A stretch of 64,000 bases of DNA from the human T2T-CHM13v2.0 reference genome, Homo sapiens (GCF_009914755.1 NC_060928.1); one strand, 5' to 3'; shown: positions 12,025 to 26,860, counted from the stretch's first letter. Notes: a model not told the origin generated them from the sequence alone. Made by a program: numbers and translations.

Positions 12025-15000
12025 CTCTACTTCCAAAAAAAGAAAAAGAAAAAAGGTGGAGGAGGGAAGTTGCAAACTCAAATGTCTCAAAAATACCTGG
12101 AAAACAAGCAGCTTGATCTAAGAGAGAATCTAGAATACCAGTGCTGCAAAATGTTGTTAGATATCACCTAATCCAGCCCCTACTGTCATTTTCAGATGAG
12201 AAAACTGAGGCCAGAAAAATTAAAAGACTTGTACAAGGTCCCATACCTTGCTGCATCATACTTTCCTATACTTGGCAGAAACCTTATGGATTCTTGACTT
12301 AGAGAAAGAAGTCCTGCATCTAGCAGTGGGTATATATGGGGAGGTTTAAGGAGTTGGTTAAAGAAAGTCACCCTTTGCTGGAGGAATCCATATGTAACCC
12401 CTTGACACTGCATTAGGTCCAGGTGGTTATTAATTTAACAAATACCTACCTCTCCAGCACCATTAGGAACAGCTGGGGAAGCATGGAAGTAGGAGGCGTG
12501 GCCACTACCTTTAAGGAGCTTCTAATCTCCACAAGGAAGCAGCTTACTTCCCCCAGTTGAAACCACAGAGGGATTGTTGCCTATGCACAGAAAGCAACAC
12601 GCATTTGATGTGTGTTTTCCTCTGATGACTTTGGCAAACACTGGGACCCCTCAGCTCTCCCCACCCCAAACTCCCTCAACTCACTGCAGTGCCTAAGAGT
12701 TGAACCCATGTTCCTGATCTTTCATTCTGCATGGAACCTTGTTTTCAAATACAGGATAAAAAGCAGTAAAAGGTTGAGCAGCTCAGATCTAGAAATGGGG
12801 AAAGTGTGGGTTGTGGTAAAGAGGAGGTGGCAATAGCCCACGGTGGGCACTGCAGATGTCACTGGCCAGTGGAGAGAGTGGAGATGGGAGAATCTTGTCT
12901 GAAATGTGGATGGTAAGAGAGATTCCAGCCATTGCCTCTCAGACACCAACTCCTGCTTCGTTTTACCTTCAAAACATTCAATCTTCTGTTTAAGACAAAC
13001 TGTTCCTTTTAGCTCCCTGGTTTCAGACAAAGCCACACCCTCAACAGCAGGGACAGCTGCCTCCTCTATTATTAAACATCTCGTAGGATAGAACCTCTGA
13101 GTCTTCCTTGGCCATCTCTTCCCTCTGCCCCACCCCAGCACACCAGCTGTCCCTCCTGATTTCCCCCTTTCCTTCATGATCTCACCATTTCCCAAGCCAC
13201 CATGCTCCAACCTTGTAATTCACTTTAACTCTGTCCCTAGGTGCAAACAGTAACACGACTGTGTCCATTCTGTCCCTGAATAACTCTGCGGGTTGGCCTC
13301 TCTCTTCCGTGGCTGTCATGGATGGTGGGCTGCTAGGATCACCCCAGAGGGTGGAGGCCTCCCTACCCTCTCCAGCCTCATTCTTCTATGAGTCCCTCCC
13401 CAGGACACCCAGGCCCTCTGGAGTGTCGGCTGGCCACGTGGCTTCTCAGCTTGAGTCTGTATTTCTCAATCTTCTCTGTGGCTTTGTGATTCACTCTGGG
13501 CCTGTGGTACATGAATGGAAGGACACGTCCAATTCCAAGTTAGCCTCAACCTAAAGACAAGCCACTTGCCCTGGACTTCCTCCTCCTTCACCCCTTTATT
13601 AAGCAGCAGCAATGGAGTTACATGTTAAGGACAGCAGAGCTGACCAGTCACAAGACAGAACTGCTACCTACCCACCATCTTTGAACTAGTATGTGAGAAA
13701 GAAAGAAATGCCCGTGTGTGCGGTTTTTTTAATTGAGGCATAATTAACACTCAAAAACTGCGCAGAGCTTGATGTCCCCTTCACTGCGCTTTGACAGGTA
13801 TACACCTTACAGTTTTACAACCATCACACCAAACAAGATATAAAACACTGCATCTATGTTACCTAAGCCATTGTCTGTTGGGATTCCTTTGTTATAACTG
13901 CTTCACCTGTACCTTAACTAGTACAACTCCCAAATGATCTTTCTGCCTCTAACCCCCCATAGTTCTTCAAGTAGATCTTCCTTAACTGCCAAGTTGGGCA
14001 TTTTGCATTTTTATTAAAGGCCTACAAGTCTTCCTGATGGCTCTTCTCATTAAAATGAGCCCACCCAAGCTTTAATATCATTGCCTCTTTCTTCTCTTAG
14101 CTGAGAATTATCTTTTCTTATGCTGGCATGATGGTTTCTAACATGATCCCATCCACAGTCAGATTTTGGTAGAGTTCCAGGAGGTCTTTAGTGAGATTAC
14201 TCTGTGTGGTTCTGAAACTCCCTTGACACTGCATGTTTTAATTCTTTCTTGGGAGATGATGGAAGGTGATGGAAATAACCAACTGAAACTTTTAACGATT
14301 GTTCGGAAGTCACATGAAAATTTGTAGGCACCTATCGCTGAAGGCTAAATTTTATGTTATTACAATAAATGGCGTATATAGTGCTTTTGAAGTTGATATG
14401 AGAAATTGCAGTTCTAAATTGTTTGCTGTTTAATGTTGGTACAAAACCACAGAAAGCGATCGGCCCAGAAAACCTTTAATTGAGGTAATGGGTTTTAACT
14501 GAATGCCACATCTCACAGTTACTTTTGCCTTAAAGGTGAAATGGGGTTCAGATGCCTTGAAGCTGATGTCCCACTATGACCAAAACCTGTGCGTTTACCT
14601 TCCCCTAAAAGAGAGAGTAGTTAAAATTTGCTGAGACTTCTAAAAAAAAAGATTAACTCATAAGCAGAAGGCAGAAGCAAGAATCTCCAGATAATTTCAC
14701 CATTTAGATATCTGCCCCTTTAGAGAATAAAGAGGCAGAAAGCCTGGTCCGTACAGACCTCCAGGTCCTGAAATTCCTTAATTATGGCTTATTAGAAAAA
14801 AAACCAACTACTAGACCTGACTCAGAGAAGGAAGTCACTCCTGGTTCTTGCAGGAGCCTAATCATTAGAGCTGCAGAGAGCCCAGAAGGGTGAATGTGTT
14901 CGGTCTCTCTGGGCCTGCCTGGCTCCTAAGTCAAGGCTTTATCCCACATCTGCCTCTGCTTTCCATAAAGCAAACCCCTCAACTCCACTGTGGCCAGAGT

Positions 15001-17364
15001 TGGCAACACACCATCCCTGGGCTCCCAGCAAGAGGAGACTGTGAGTCAGATCTATCGTGGCCTCACTACTCTGCTTCCATCTCTCTGCCAGGGAGCCACT
15101 CAGCAGCAGATGGAAAACTTGCTCTTGGACTAAAAGAAGATGGCAGCTCGTTGCACTATCTGCACAGCTGTCCATAGGGCACCAGCATGGGTCTGCTCTG
15201 GGCTACTGCCAGGATGATGCTCCCAAGAAGTGCATTTCAGCTAAATATGGAAGACTTTCCTATCATTCCGATAGCTCCAATGGTGAATGAGTGCATGTGC
15301 CCCTTGTCACTGGGTCTCCAAGTATATACTACATGATCTTCTGTCAGGAGATTTACAGAAGGGATTCTTGCACTGAGAGGGAAAATGGATTATAATTTCT
15401 AAAAACCTCTTCTTGCTAAGAACAGCCTTCCTCTCTGTCCCAGAACCCTTTGTCCTTTCAATCATCCTGCAATCACTTGACTCTCGCTGAGGCTCCCACC
15501 CTGAGCTGAGTCCTGGCCCAGGCTCTAGGACTAATGATGACCTCAGACAAGTGGGATTTGGGGAGCTGGAACTCAACACTCTGGGATGAGAAGTTAAGCA
15601 GCAGAGCTGCTGAGCCAAGATAGACTTTAGGGCCCAGTTGTGACACCTGGGTGCTCTCGTTTCTGAAATCAAGTCACCTTTGTGAACCCTGGTCTTGGGC
15701 TTGGAATCCTAGTCTCATTTCTATCAGATCTTCTGTACAGGAAGCCTGTGCAGGAACAGGGGAGGGCAGATACTTTCCATTCACCCCAGGCTGTAGGCCA
15801 GAGACAGTCAAGAACTAAAACTGAGTCTCCATGTGCACTTGTACACACACACAGTCATAAACACACTCTCTCTCTTTCACACACACACACACACACACCC
15901 CACACACACACCAAATGCACCTCGCAAGTGGTCCAGTTCAGGCCCTGGTTCACCAGAGTCTTGAGAAGGGTCCATAAGCCCACCCATACTGTACTTGTAC
16001 TGAATTCAAGTTGAACTGTTGAGCCCAGTGGCCAGAAAGCCAGACCTGAGGGACGCAGCCAAAGCAAGCTGAGTCCAGTGAGCCCAGGCAGTAGAAGTCA
16101 TGTCATCCTGGGATCAGCAGCAGGCAGCCAGCAAGTGGCTGCCTAGAAATAGTTCTGAGGCTCACAGTGATCAGCGGCTTCTGGCTTATAGTCAGCCCTC
16201 AGATAGCCCCAGAACGGAGATGCAAGTCTCCCACCTTTAAAGGCATATAGCAAGGAGTGGACAGTTCCCTTCCTCTCCCCCATCTCTGGTCCCTGTTTTA
16301 ATGACCTGTCTGGAATTCCAGGCCCCCAGGCCATAAAACTAAATATAAGACAAGGGCTGGGACTAGGCTATCCCTGACAATCAAAGGATAAAGATGTAAA
16401 ATTGTATATTCGATAATGTACATGTGCACAAGCAAAAAACTAGACGCAAAACTACATCAGTGTGGTTATTTTGGGTGGTGGGATTATGGGTGATTTTTAT
16501 TTTTTGTCTGCTTTTCTGCATATCTTAAATTCTCTGCAATGAATATGTATTACTGTTATAATCGGTAAAAGGTTAGTTTTAAAATTCATATGAAACTATG
16601 GTTTTATGGAAGTCATTTTGCAATCAAATCTATTTTGCTTACATGTGGAATTCTTGTTTTTACTGTTCTTCCTTTATGTTTTTCCCCGTCTCTATTTTTA
16701 CTGCCCTGCTTTTAATGCTCTGATGGCCAGCTGTCCCCTCCAGCCAGGCATTCTGTGTGCAGGGTTTGAGTGACATGCACACACAGGAAACAATCCAAAC
16801 CACACAAAAGGTGCACAACGAGAGAAGCAGGTGCCTGTCCCTGCCCCTGTGCTCACTGGGCCCCTGGCCCCTTCCTGCTGTTCCCTCAGGCAGGACTGGC
16901 TTCCCCACTCACCCCTGGCAAAGGCAAGCCTGCATTTCCTCCTATCCTCTGTCTAAAATTCTATTCCTGTTAGAAAGCTGACACATGTCAGTTGTTCACT
17001 CATTCATTTATTCATTCTCAAAATAGTTCCAGAGCATTGTCTCCACACCAAGTGCTGTGCTTGCCGGGGCTGGAGACACAACCCTAAGCTAGGCCCAGCC
17101 ACTGCCCTTCCCCAGTTGAGAACAGATCTCCCAGCCAGTGTGCTGTGGAGGGTGACAGGCAAAGCTGGGGAGTGACCCACCAGCCCTGGGGACTGGCTGC
17201 AGCAGCTCGCTCAGTTTATCCCCAGTGTGTTGTCAAATCTCAACATGTGCTGTGGAGCCATGACCTGGGGAAGGCTGGGGAGCTAGCAGTTCTTAGCATT
17301 GGGAGGATACTAACCAGTAATTATCACAGTGATAGTTAGCATTATTATACCACATACTTTATTA

Positions 17365-17396
<32 letters not shown>

Positions 17397-17407
17397 CACA
17401 CACACAC
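17365..17407. repeat. Compound microsatellite (TG)9(TA)7(CA)5
   Basis: Read directly from the sequence. Confidence 0.95.
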
Positions 17408-18329
17408 GTTGCATTTATATGTCTATGGGTTTAATGTTCTGATTAAAATAATTTTTTCTGATTATTTTAACCAGCAAACTTTATCCTAATGGCAGCTAAC
17501 ATTACTGACGGCCGAGTATGTGCCATGCTGTAGTCTAAGTACTTCTAATATAAAACCTCATGCATTCCTCACAACAGTCCTGTGCTGTAGGTTCCATCAT
17601 TATTCCCATTTAATGGATGAGAAAATGGTGACAAGGATGGTAAGTAATTTACCGGAAGGTCACAAAACCAGTCAGTGGTGGGTCTTGGGTTTAGATCCAG
17701 AAGGTCTGACTCAGAGCTTCACTGTGTTGATTCCCAATTATAGACACTGAGAATGCTCTCTGAGTACTGGCTAAGAAAAGTTCTGGAGCAATGAGGCCCA
17801 CATGGGGAATACCAGCCTAGTCTCGGAGAGTTAGAGAACTTCCCAGAAGGGAGGAAGCCGAAGGTGACACTGAAGAACTGGAGGTAAGCGAACAAGGAGG
17901 TGAGAACGTTTCAGGTGGAGAGATCAATGGTGAGGTTGAGAGAAGCAAGGGCGCTTGCAGGGGAAACCGTCAAGCTGCCTGGCACTCAGGGGTGGACTTT
18001 GCATTAATACCAGGCTAAGGGGTTGGGCTTTTTCTTAAGGCCAATGGGAAGCCATTGAATTTTAAGGATTTTAAGAAGTAAACGCTATAGTGAGATATGC
18101 TTTGAGAGAGATCCTTTACTGTTTTAATATGGAGAATGGGTTAGGAGGGACAAGACCGCAACTGTGGAGACAGGTCGTCGAGTGTCGCTGTGATGCAGAG
18201 ACGGAGGACAGGACCTTGACCTGCGCAGTGGCAGTGAGGGTGGGGAGAGTAATCACCTTCCCTTATTTGCATTTCCTCTGTGTTTTGGTTTGAGGGCTCT
18301 GCCATGCTGGCTTGTACTTGCTTAAATAA

Positions 18330-18712
<383 letters not shown>

Positions 18713-19414
18713 AGGAACCACTTTTAACATATACCCATTAGTCCTGGGCACAGTACTGGACACGGAAATAAGCTATTGCTGTGCTTTGAATAAATAAATT
18801 ATCATGTTTGTTATCTCAACGAACTTACCATCAAGGAGTTTTATAATCTAAATGCATCTTGCTGAAATCGAAGGCTCTTTCTCTAGCTTTTTCCTTTGGG
18901 CTTATATGTAATCACATGCAAAGCAAAACTAGGTAACTAATATACATAAAGTGCCCCGGTAAAACAGTGCAGAGGATGAGTAGGAAGAATTAGTTATATG
19001 CAGATAGATGTCTGTGTTTACCACCATGTGTTTGTGTGTTTTGAGTACACAGGGCCCTATAGGATTTGTTCATCTTGCATCAAACTGGATTTAGCTTCTT
19101 AAAGTCCGTTTTTCTCTTCTTTAGACCTTCTGAAGGATTCATGCACCAAATAACTAAATTATGTCTTGGTAGCTAAACAAATTATGCAAAATTATATACC
19201 ATGAATATTTTATAATTCTAAGCCCTGAAGCCAGACTCCAGACAGTTTTATGTCTGCAGCAACCCATATCGTACCCAGATGAATTTGGCTAAAGACAAAT
19301 GACTTCTTTCTAAAGAACTTAACTTTTTCTCATGTTGCATTTTTCTTTAAGAATGTCTCAAAGGTTTTATTGCAAACAGATAACGATAGTAAATGCACTT
19401 CACCTTCCTCTTAG

Positions 19415-20230
19415 CAGGCAAAAGCAAGCGATTATGCTTCATATAACTTAACTCTCTAAACACTGACAAGACTGCTTAAGGTAAGCAGTGGCCCAACTCA
19501 GGCATGCATTGAACAGATACGAATAAACAGGGCACAATCGTCCACGGTTCAACTAGTTTCACATACTTCCTTTGTCTTAGAACTTGTCCTAGCTGTTGAA
19601 ATTGCCTACAAAATACATTTTTCTAAATAATGAGGTTTGAGTCACCCAGGGGTAGGAAGGAGAAAGGATTGCAGCTGCGTATGATCTCAATACTAAGAAA
19701 CATCAGAACTGCTTATACGTTACAGTTGGTTTCTTTCTCCTTCTTCTTTCTCAATTACCTTTGCTAGTTTTGATCCTCCCCTTCTGGTGTTAAAAGAAAG
19801 ACCTACCCTACCAAGGTTCATGGCTGTGCTCTCAAAAAGACCAGCAGAAGAAAATGATGAAAGTATAAGTTAATAAGGCTCTGCTGGCCCCTCTCCTTGG
19901 CTCCCAGGATGCAGTCTTGCAGGTTAATGCTTCCAATTGAGCAACTTCAAAATGGCTGTGAATCCGAGGAGGGCAGAGAAAGATCTGCGTCTCTCCCAGC
20001 TTCCTCGGACTGTTCCGTAGGCACCGAGACGAACCGAATGGAACCGGAGCGATTGCATAGGCGTCCAGCAAGAGGCTGATGAGGACACCAAATAATGGAA
20101 ACAGCCGATTTTGTTGGGATGGTGGAATTTCTGGGAGATGGCTCGTTCTTCTTTAGTTCTTTGTTTTTTAAAATTTCTGTTAGTCTTCCATTTTCATCTG
20201 TGCAATAAATGAATAAAATTTCTTTTTAAA
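19415..20230 (+). ncRNA. Candidate last two exons of a spliced non-coding transcript (19415-19480; 19908-~20230)
   Basis: Acceptor TTCACCTTCCTCTTAG/CAG; donor AAG|GTAAGC at 19480/1; acceptor CCCCTCTCCTTGGCTCCCAG at 19907; AATAAA at 20204 and 20212. Signals only, no expression data. Confidence 0.25.
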
Positions 20231-20954
20231 ATGCTACTGACTCATGGTAGCACCAAAGAAGTCAGAAGCATTTTTGCTGTCTAATCAGCAGACTGAATTT
20301 CCAGACATAGTATTACCATCTTCTTCCCCAGAAAAGGGCAAGGAAAAATTTAAAAAGAAAACAAAAAAGACATTACTCAGAGGCCACTGGGCAAATCCCT
20401 GAGATGGTCTGATTCTGGGTATAAGCCCAGAATGTGATCAGGAACAGGCTAGCCTGGAGTCTGGAAACCACCCATGTGGTAGAGTCTTCGGGTCAAGCCC
20501 CACCAAAGCTGGGAGTAATAGAGGGAGGTGGATTAGCATAGTAGCCATGGGTTAATGGAAAGAGAAGGAACACAGGAGCGAGAGATGTGGGGGGGAACCT
20601 TGGAGATGCCACTTACCAACCACATGTCCGTTAACCAGTTACCAGGCCTGGTTGAACCTCAGTGTTTTAATCTTTAAAATGGCTGCAAATTATACTCACT
20701 TCCCAGGGTTGTTATAAGATTGCAATGAAATAATTGCTTGAAATCACCGAATACAGTGTCCAGAGCCTAGCAGATGCTCCGTGGCTACCGGGGCTTTCAG
20801 GATGAGTTCCATCTCAACTGACTCTGTTCTTTCTGTAGTGACCCTATCTCTCCCTTCCCACGAAGCAGCCACCCACTGCCCATGCACTCTTCTCCCTCGC
20901 CACCATTTATCTCTCTTCCACCACTTTCAGAGAGGGACTCAGAAAGGAATTTCA

Positions 20955-21462
20955 TAGAGGCCGACAGGGTGCAGGACCTGCTACCCCAATATATAGCACC
21001 TTGGAGGTCACTCTCTGACCTTCTCCTGCCTTTCTGTGGGACAGCTGTCCATAGAAGAATTCTCTGTCCTACCCCTCCTGAATGTAGGTCATAAGACCCT
21101 CACACAATAGGTGTTCTGTCCTGTTCCCAGGAAAACGGATGTCTTACAGAGACACAAAAAAGAATCACAACAAACAGGCCCTACTGAGCTCTACCTGCTG
21201 CTCATTACTGTCAGATCACACCCTTTTTGTCCAATCAACTATTTCCCCACAACTATCTACTTCTTTCCACAGACTTAGCATAAAAAATACACAGTTTTCC
21301 CTGGGTCTTTGAGTCTTCATTTCCAAAGGCTTCCTGTCATGTAAAACTTTAGTTAAATAAACTTGTTATGCTTTTCTCTTGTTACTCTGCCTATTATTAT
21401 AGGGGTGTCAGCCATGAGATTTGCAATTGTTGAGGAAAAGATATGATTTCTGCTCCCCTACA
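20955..21462 (+). mobile_element. ERV1 solo LTR (MER34/MER39 family)
   Basis: GGACCTGCTACCCCAATATATAGCACC; GTAAAACTTTAGTTAAATAAACTTGTTATGCTTTTCTCTTGTTA; ends CTCCCCTACA. Confidence 0.75.
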
Positions 21463-22151
21463 AAACATTTATATTCAAGAATATCTAATAAATTTTTCCT
21501 TTTCTAGGACTATTTGCATGTGAACTGGGGATTAAAACAAAATTATTCTAGCAGAGCAATTTTAGTCCTCAGCAATCTAGTAAGGGAGGCATATTGCTTT
21601 TGTTTTGTTTGTTTGTTTGCAGGATGGGATAATAAGGAATCCTTCAGTGGGCCTTTAAAATCATGCAAATAAGTATCTCTTAAATGCCTGGGTGAGCCTC
21701 TAAATTTAACTATCAGTTTACAGAAAACACAGAGGACAGAGGAACTTGATAAATGACACTAAGGGAATGCAACAAGCATTTTTTCCCCATTTTTTTCTGA
21801 GTTTTTCCCATGCAAAACCTAGACTGTGAGTTCTTCTATAGGACAAATAATATTTTTAAAAATCAATTTCAAGCAAGAGAAATGTTAGGAGAACCTGCAG
21901 ATTAAGAGGTATAGAACACAAATTTAATCACAAGCTATGGACCTTAGTTGGAACCTAAATAACATTAAACAAATTATTAAATGAAAGTTATGACATTTAT
22001 GAGACAAATTGGAGTTCAGCATTAGTTTAATTTGACATCTGGTGATATTAAGTATAATTGTTAATTTTGTAAGTGTGATAATATTATAGTTGTTTTTCAA
22101 AAAGAGTCCTATTTAGATACACATACTGAAATATTTACTAATAACATGGTC

Positions 22152-22868
22152 TGTGATGGTTAATTTTATGTGTCAACTTGGCAAGGCCGTGGTGCCCAGT
22201 TGTTTAGTCAAACACCAGTCTACATGTTGCTGTGAAGGTATTTTTTTAGATGTGATTATGATGTGGTTTGGCTCTGTGGCCCCACTTAAATCTCATTTTG
22301 AATTGTATTCCCATAATTCCCATGTGTTGTTGGAGGGACCTGGTGGAAGATAATTTAAATCATGGGGGCAGTTTCCCCCATACTGTCTTTGTGGTAGTAA
22401 ATAAGTCTCATGAGATCTCATGGGCTTATCAGGGGCTTCCACTTTTGCTTCTTTCTTATTTTCTCTTGCCACCGCCGTGTTAGAAATGCCTTTCCCCTCC
22501 TGCCATAACTCTGAGGCCTCCCCAGCCATGCAGAACTGTAAGTCCAATTAAACCTCTTTATATTCCCAGTCTCAGCTACAGCCTTATCGGCAGCATGAAA
22601 ACAGACTAATACAGATGAACATTTAACTAAGTAGACTTTGACTAAAGTATATACCCTTCATAATGTAGACAGGCCTCATCCAATCAGTTGAAGGCCTTAA
22701 GACCAAAGGCTGTGGTTTCTAGAAGAAGCAATTCTGCCTTAAGACTGCAACATAGAAACTCCACCCCAGTTTCCAACCTGCGGAATTCAGACTCAAGACA
22801 GCAATGAAAACTCTTACCCAAGTTACTGGCCTCTACAACTGGCATAATCCAATTCCTCAAAATAAATC

Positions 22869-22923
<55 letters not shown>

Positions 22924-22950
22924 TTCTCCAGAGAACCCTTGACTAAAATA
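22152..22950 (+). mobile_element. ERVL solo LTR (MLT2 family) interrupted by THE1, itself inside an old L1 3' region (~21710-23130)
   Basis: TGTGATGGTTAATTTTATGTGTCAACTTG start; GTTCTGTTTCTCCAGAGAACCC end; TSD TGGTC on both sides; internal (AG)22 at 22874-22917. Confidence 0.9.
22259..22613 (+). mobile_element. THE1 solo LTR (THE1A/B-like)
   Basis: TGATGTGGTTTGGCTCTGTG...GAAAACAGACTAATACA; TSD GATTA/GATGA. Confidence 0.92.
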
Positions 22951-25761
22951 TGGTCTTTTGTCTGACACTTGCTTCAAAATAAGAGAAATCGGGGGAGTGA
23001 ATTGGCAAATAGATGGGGCACAACTGACCATGGGTTAATGGCTGTTGGAGCTGGATGAAGGATATTTTTTAAAATAGGAGTAATAGTATCTAATTTTATG
23101 TATGTTCAAAGTTCTCCATAATGAAAGTTTTAAGGTAAGAAGCTCTCTTGATCCATGTAATTATTTCCCAGCTCATTTTGCAAGGCTCCAAGGGTCACAT
23201 AAGCAAATTTTTAACCCAGCTCAGTAATTATAAGTCCCCCTCCCCCATGCTGCCCCGTGAGCAGTAGGGTCTGCTGCTTGGCTAAGTCACCATCACCACG
23301 GTGCTGCCAACAGCAGGGGCCAACTCCCCAGCAAGGCTGCCTTCCTAGGACGACTTCCAGAAACAAAGGCAGCTGGACTCCAGGAGAGAGCCGGGAAGCC
23401 CTGCCATTACAGACCAGGGACCTGAGACCCAGGAAAGGGAATGGCTCACTGATGATCACTTGGATCCTGAGAGATGCAGAACTGGTTCTGGAGTCTTGTT
23501 TTTTGAACTCTCCATCAGTGTTGTCCCATAAACATTCTTGCTTCCCTGAAAGGGTCAACTGATCCCATGGAAAAAACAGCAGCCCAGCTCTCCTCTAGCC
23601 CCCTTTCACTTTTTAATGAACTATTTCAGGTATACTAAAAGGATCTCTGACAATAGCATGAGTAAAAATTAAACATTACAGTTAAAAAATTAAACATTAC
23701 AGTTAGCCCAACACAGTCAGGCCTCCTCAGATTCACTCCCTTGCGTCCCTCCTAAGAGGTAACCATTCCCCTGAACTTAGGGTATGGCCTGAGCATGCAT
23801 TTTCTTTCTTTCCTTTAAAAAGAAAAAGATGATATGTTGAGTTTTTTTAATTGCCATGAATTTTTAAATCCTTACGCTATATTTTTACGAATGTTTTCAT
23901 ATTACAGGTATCCTGTGAAACTTGCTTCCTTAAGCTCAGCAATATGTTTTTAAGATTTATCCTCATCGATGTAAGTAACTCGTTCACTTTCTCACTGCTA
24001 AATTGTATTCCACTGTAGGAATGTACCACAATTTATTGATCCATTTCTCCTGTGAGAGCATTTCGGTTGTTTTCAGTTCTTTTTTACAAACGGGCAGAAT
24101 GAACAGTCTTGCAGTTGCCTTGTGTACAGTCGAGGGCCTTTCTCTAGGCCTCTTTTTCAGTCCATTGTTTCCCCTCCATCCTCTTTCCCGCCAAGTTCGT
24201 GGGGGAAACCCTTACAGCGCTGGCCCATATCCTCCCATGGGTTAAGTGTTTGCTCTCTGTCTCCCTGGGCAAAATGAGAGAAGGTGTGGAGTAGTTACTT
24301 AATTAATTCAGGAAGGCATCACTCCATAACTGAAGATTTCCTTGTAGGGTCTTTAAGAATAAGATTTGGGGGCTTAGTTATCTGAATAATTGCCCCGTCT
24401 AGACTCCACTGCCTCCTCCCTACAGTTCTTGGCAGTATCCAAAAGGGGTTAGCATTTACGGAGCACAGTTAAATATAGACATCTAGGAATAAAAGGCCTA
24501 ATTAAGAACCAGGAAGTTGCTCTTGGGAAACGAAAAAGTTTGCCAAGGCGTCCATAGCAGTGCCAAAGCCCAATTTGGCAGGGAAATGCTGAGTCCCAAG
24601 TTGGGGAGGGGGAGGTTTCTCCCCCACATCACCAGGGCACACTGGCTGGCTGTGTCTCATGTTTCCCCAAGTCACACTTTCTCCAATTCGGAGGAAGGAA
24701 ACCACCTCAAGGCAATTGGATTCGATTTCCTCCTGTGTCAGAGTCTCTCTCTCTGATTTCTCTAAACTACAAATTTACCAGGATGAGTTTTAGACTCTGA
24801 GAAACCTTTCTAATTCAAAATGTATTTCTGATCCTTCAGACTTGGGAAGGACTGGCATTTACCTTTATGCCAAATTCCCCTGCCCATGTGAAGTAACACA
24901 GCAGAAACTCCTTTTCCATCCTGCTGGGAGGGAGCAGGGTGAAAACCAGTATTCTAGCTTGTCAGTTTTCAGTGAACTCTTGCTCTATTTAAATTAATAT
25001 GGTTTCTCAAATTCAACATGCTAATCTGGGTATGTGGCCATGTTTCTAGCAGATTCTCAGGGATTAAAAATAAGCTTCAGTCAGGAATGTTTATTCTTCA
25101 TACAAATATAAATGAGATTCTTTAAGCTCTGTAACATCCCCTTGATATAAAATATAAAGTTCATTTTTATCTAGCCCTCAGCAGGTCGATGGGGGCTGCA
25201 GGGAGCAGCACAGACCTGGTTCTGAGCTGTCCCAGGCGGGGTACATCCTGACCTCACCTGTAAATGGGGTTGCCTGTCTCCTAGGGTGCCTGGGTGGATC
25301 AATGGAGATAATGTACTGGAAAGCACTTTGAAAAATACAAAGTGCAATTCAAATGGGTTATTGACAGCCCTTTGTTAAGTGTTCGTTTGATTGCTGAATG
25401 TCCTTGAATGCAATGAAGCATCATTTCTTATAAACCGTTTTATAACTTCCCTCCAATCAGTTCAGCTCTTATGGTTTTATTCTAAAGCCCAGGAAGCTGC
25501 CACATGGAATCTTATAAAGTAGAGGAAAAGACTTTACCTCAAGGTCACCTTGTATCTCACCCCTGTCCCCACCCCTCCAGCAGGAATCCCCTCTGCATCA
25601 CCCCAGATATTTCCCAGGCCCCCTGGCTTTGAAATCTCTGGTGAAAGCAGCTTCCCAGGGCACCCGGCAGCCCTTCCTACTGATGGGCCTCTGTCTCCAG
25701 CTGATGCTTCTGGCAACCAAAAGCCACTTCCACTCACAGGCTTCAGGCCTGCTATCTAGAG

Positions 25762-26404
<643 letters not shown>

Positions 26405-26619
26405 ATTTTAGAGTTCTATAGGCAATCCTAATCCCTCTTCAAATGTGTTAATAATGTTATGTCATTTACCCATCCTAACAACTTTTTAAGGGCCTATTAA
26501 GGTCCAAGTGTCATGCAGGGGACTGGGGATGTTAAAAAAAAAGGTAGTATTAACAATATTTAGTGGTTTCTAACTTCAAGGGTCTACGATCTGGTAGAAA
26601 ACAAAGGATGCACACAGTG

Positions 26620-26860
26620 GTAAAGATCCCACACCCTGGAGTCAGACAACCTGGACTTGAATCCCAGCTCCACCCTTACTAGCAGTGCCATGTTCACTAG
26701 GCAAGTTATCTAAACTGCCTATGCCTCAGTTTCGCTTATCTGTGAAATGGGGATAGTCATAGTATGGACCTTAGAGGGCTGTTGGAAGGATTAAATGAGG
26801 CGATATGTGTAAAGGGCGTGGAACCGTGCCTGGCCGCAGTAAATGCTCAATGGGCATCGT
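26620..26860 (+). mobile_element. MIR SINE
   Basis: CTGGAGTCAGACAACCTGGACTTGAATCCCAGCTCC...CCTCAGTTTC...TCTGTGAAATGGGGATAG...AGGATTAAATGAG. Confidence 0.85.

Noticed and set aside
12722-13210. 162-aa minus-strand ORF in unique DNA
   Set aside because: No recognisable domain or exon structure; consistent with chance in a six-frame scan.
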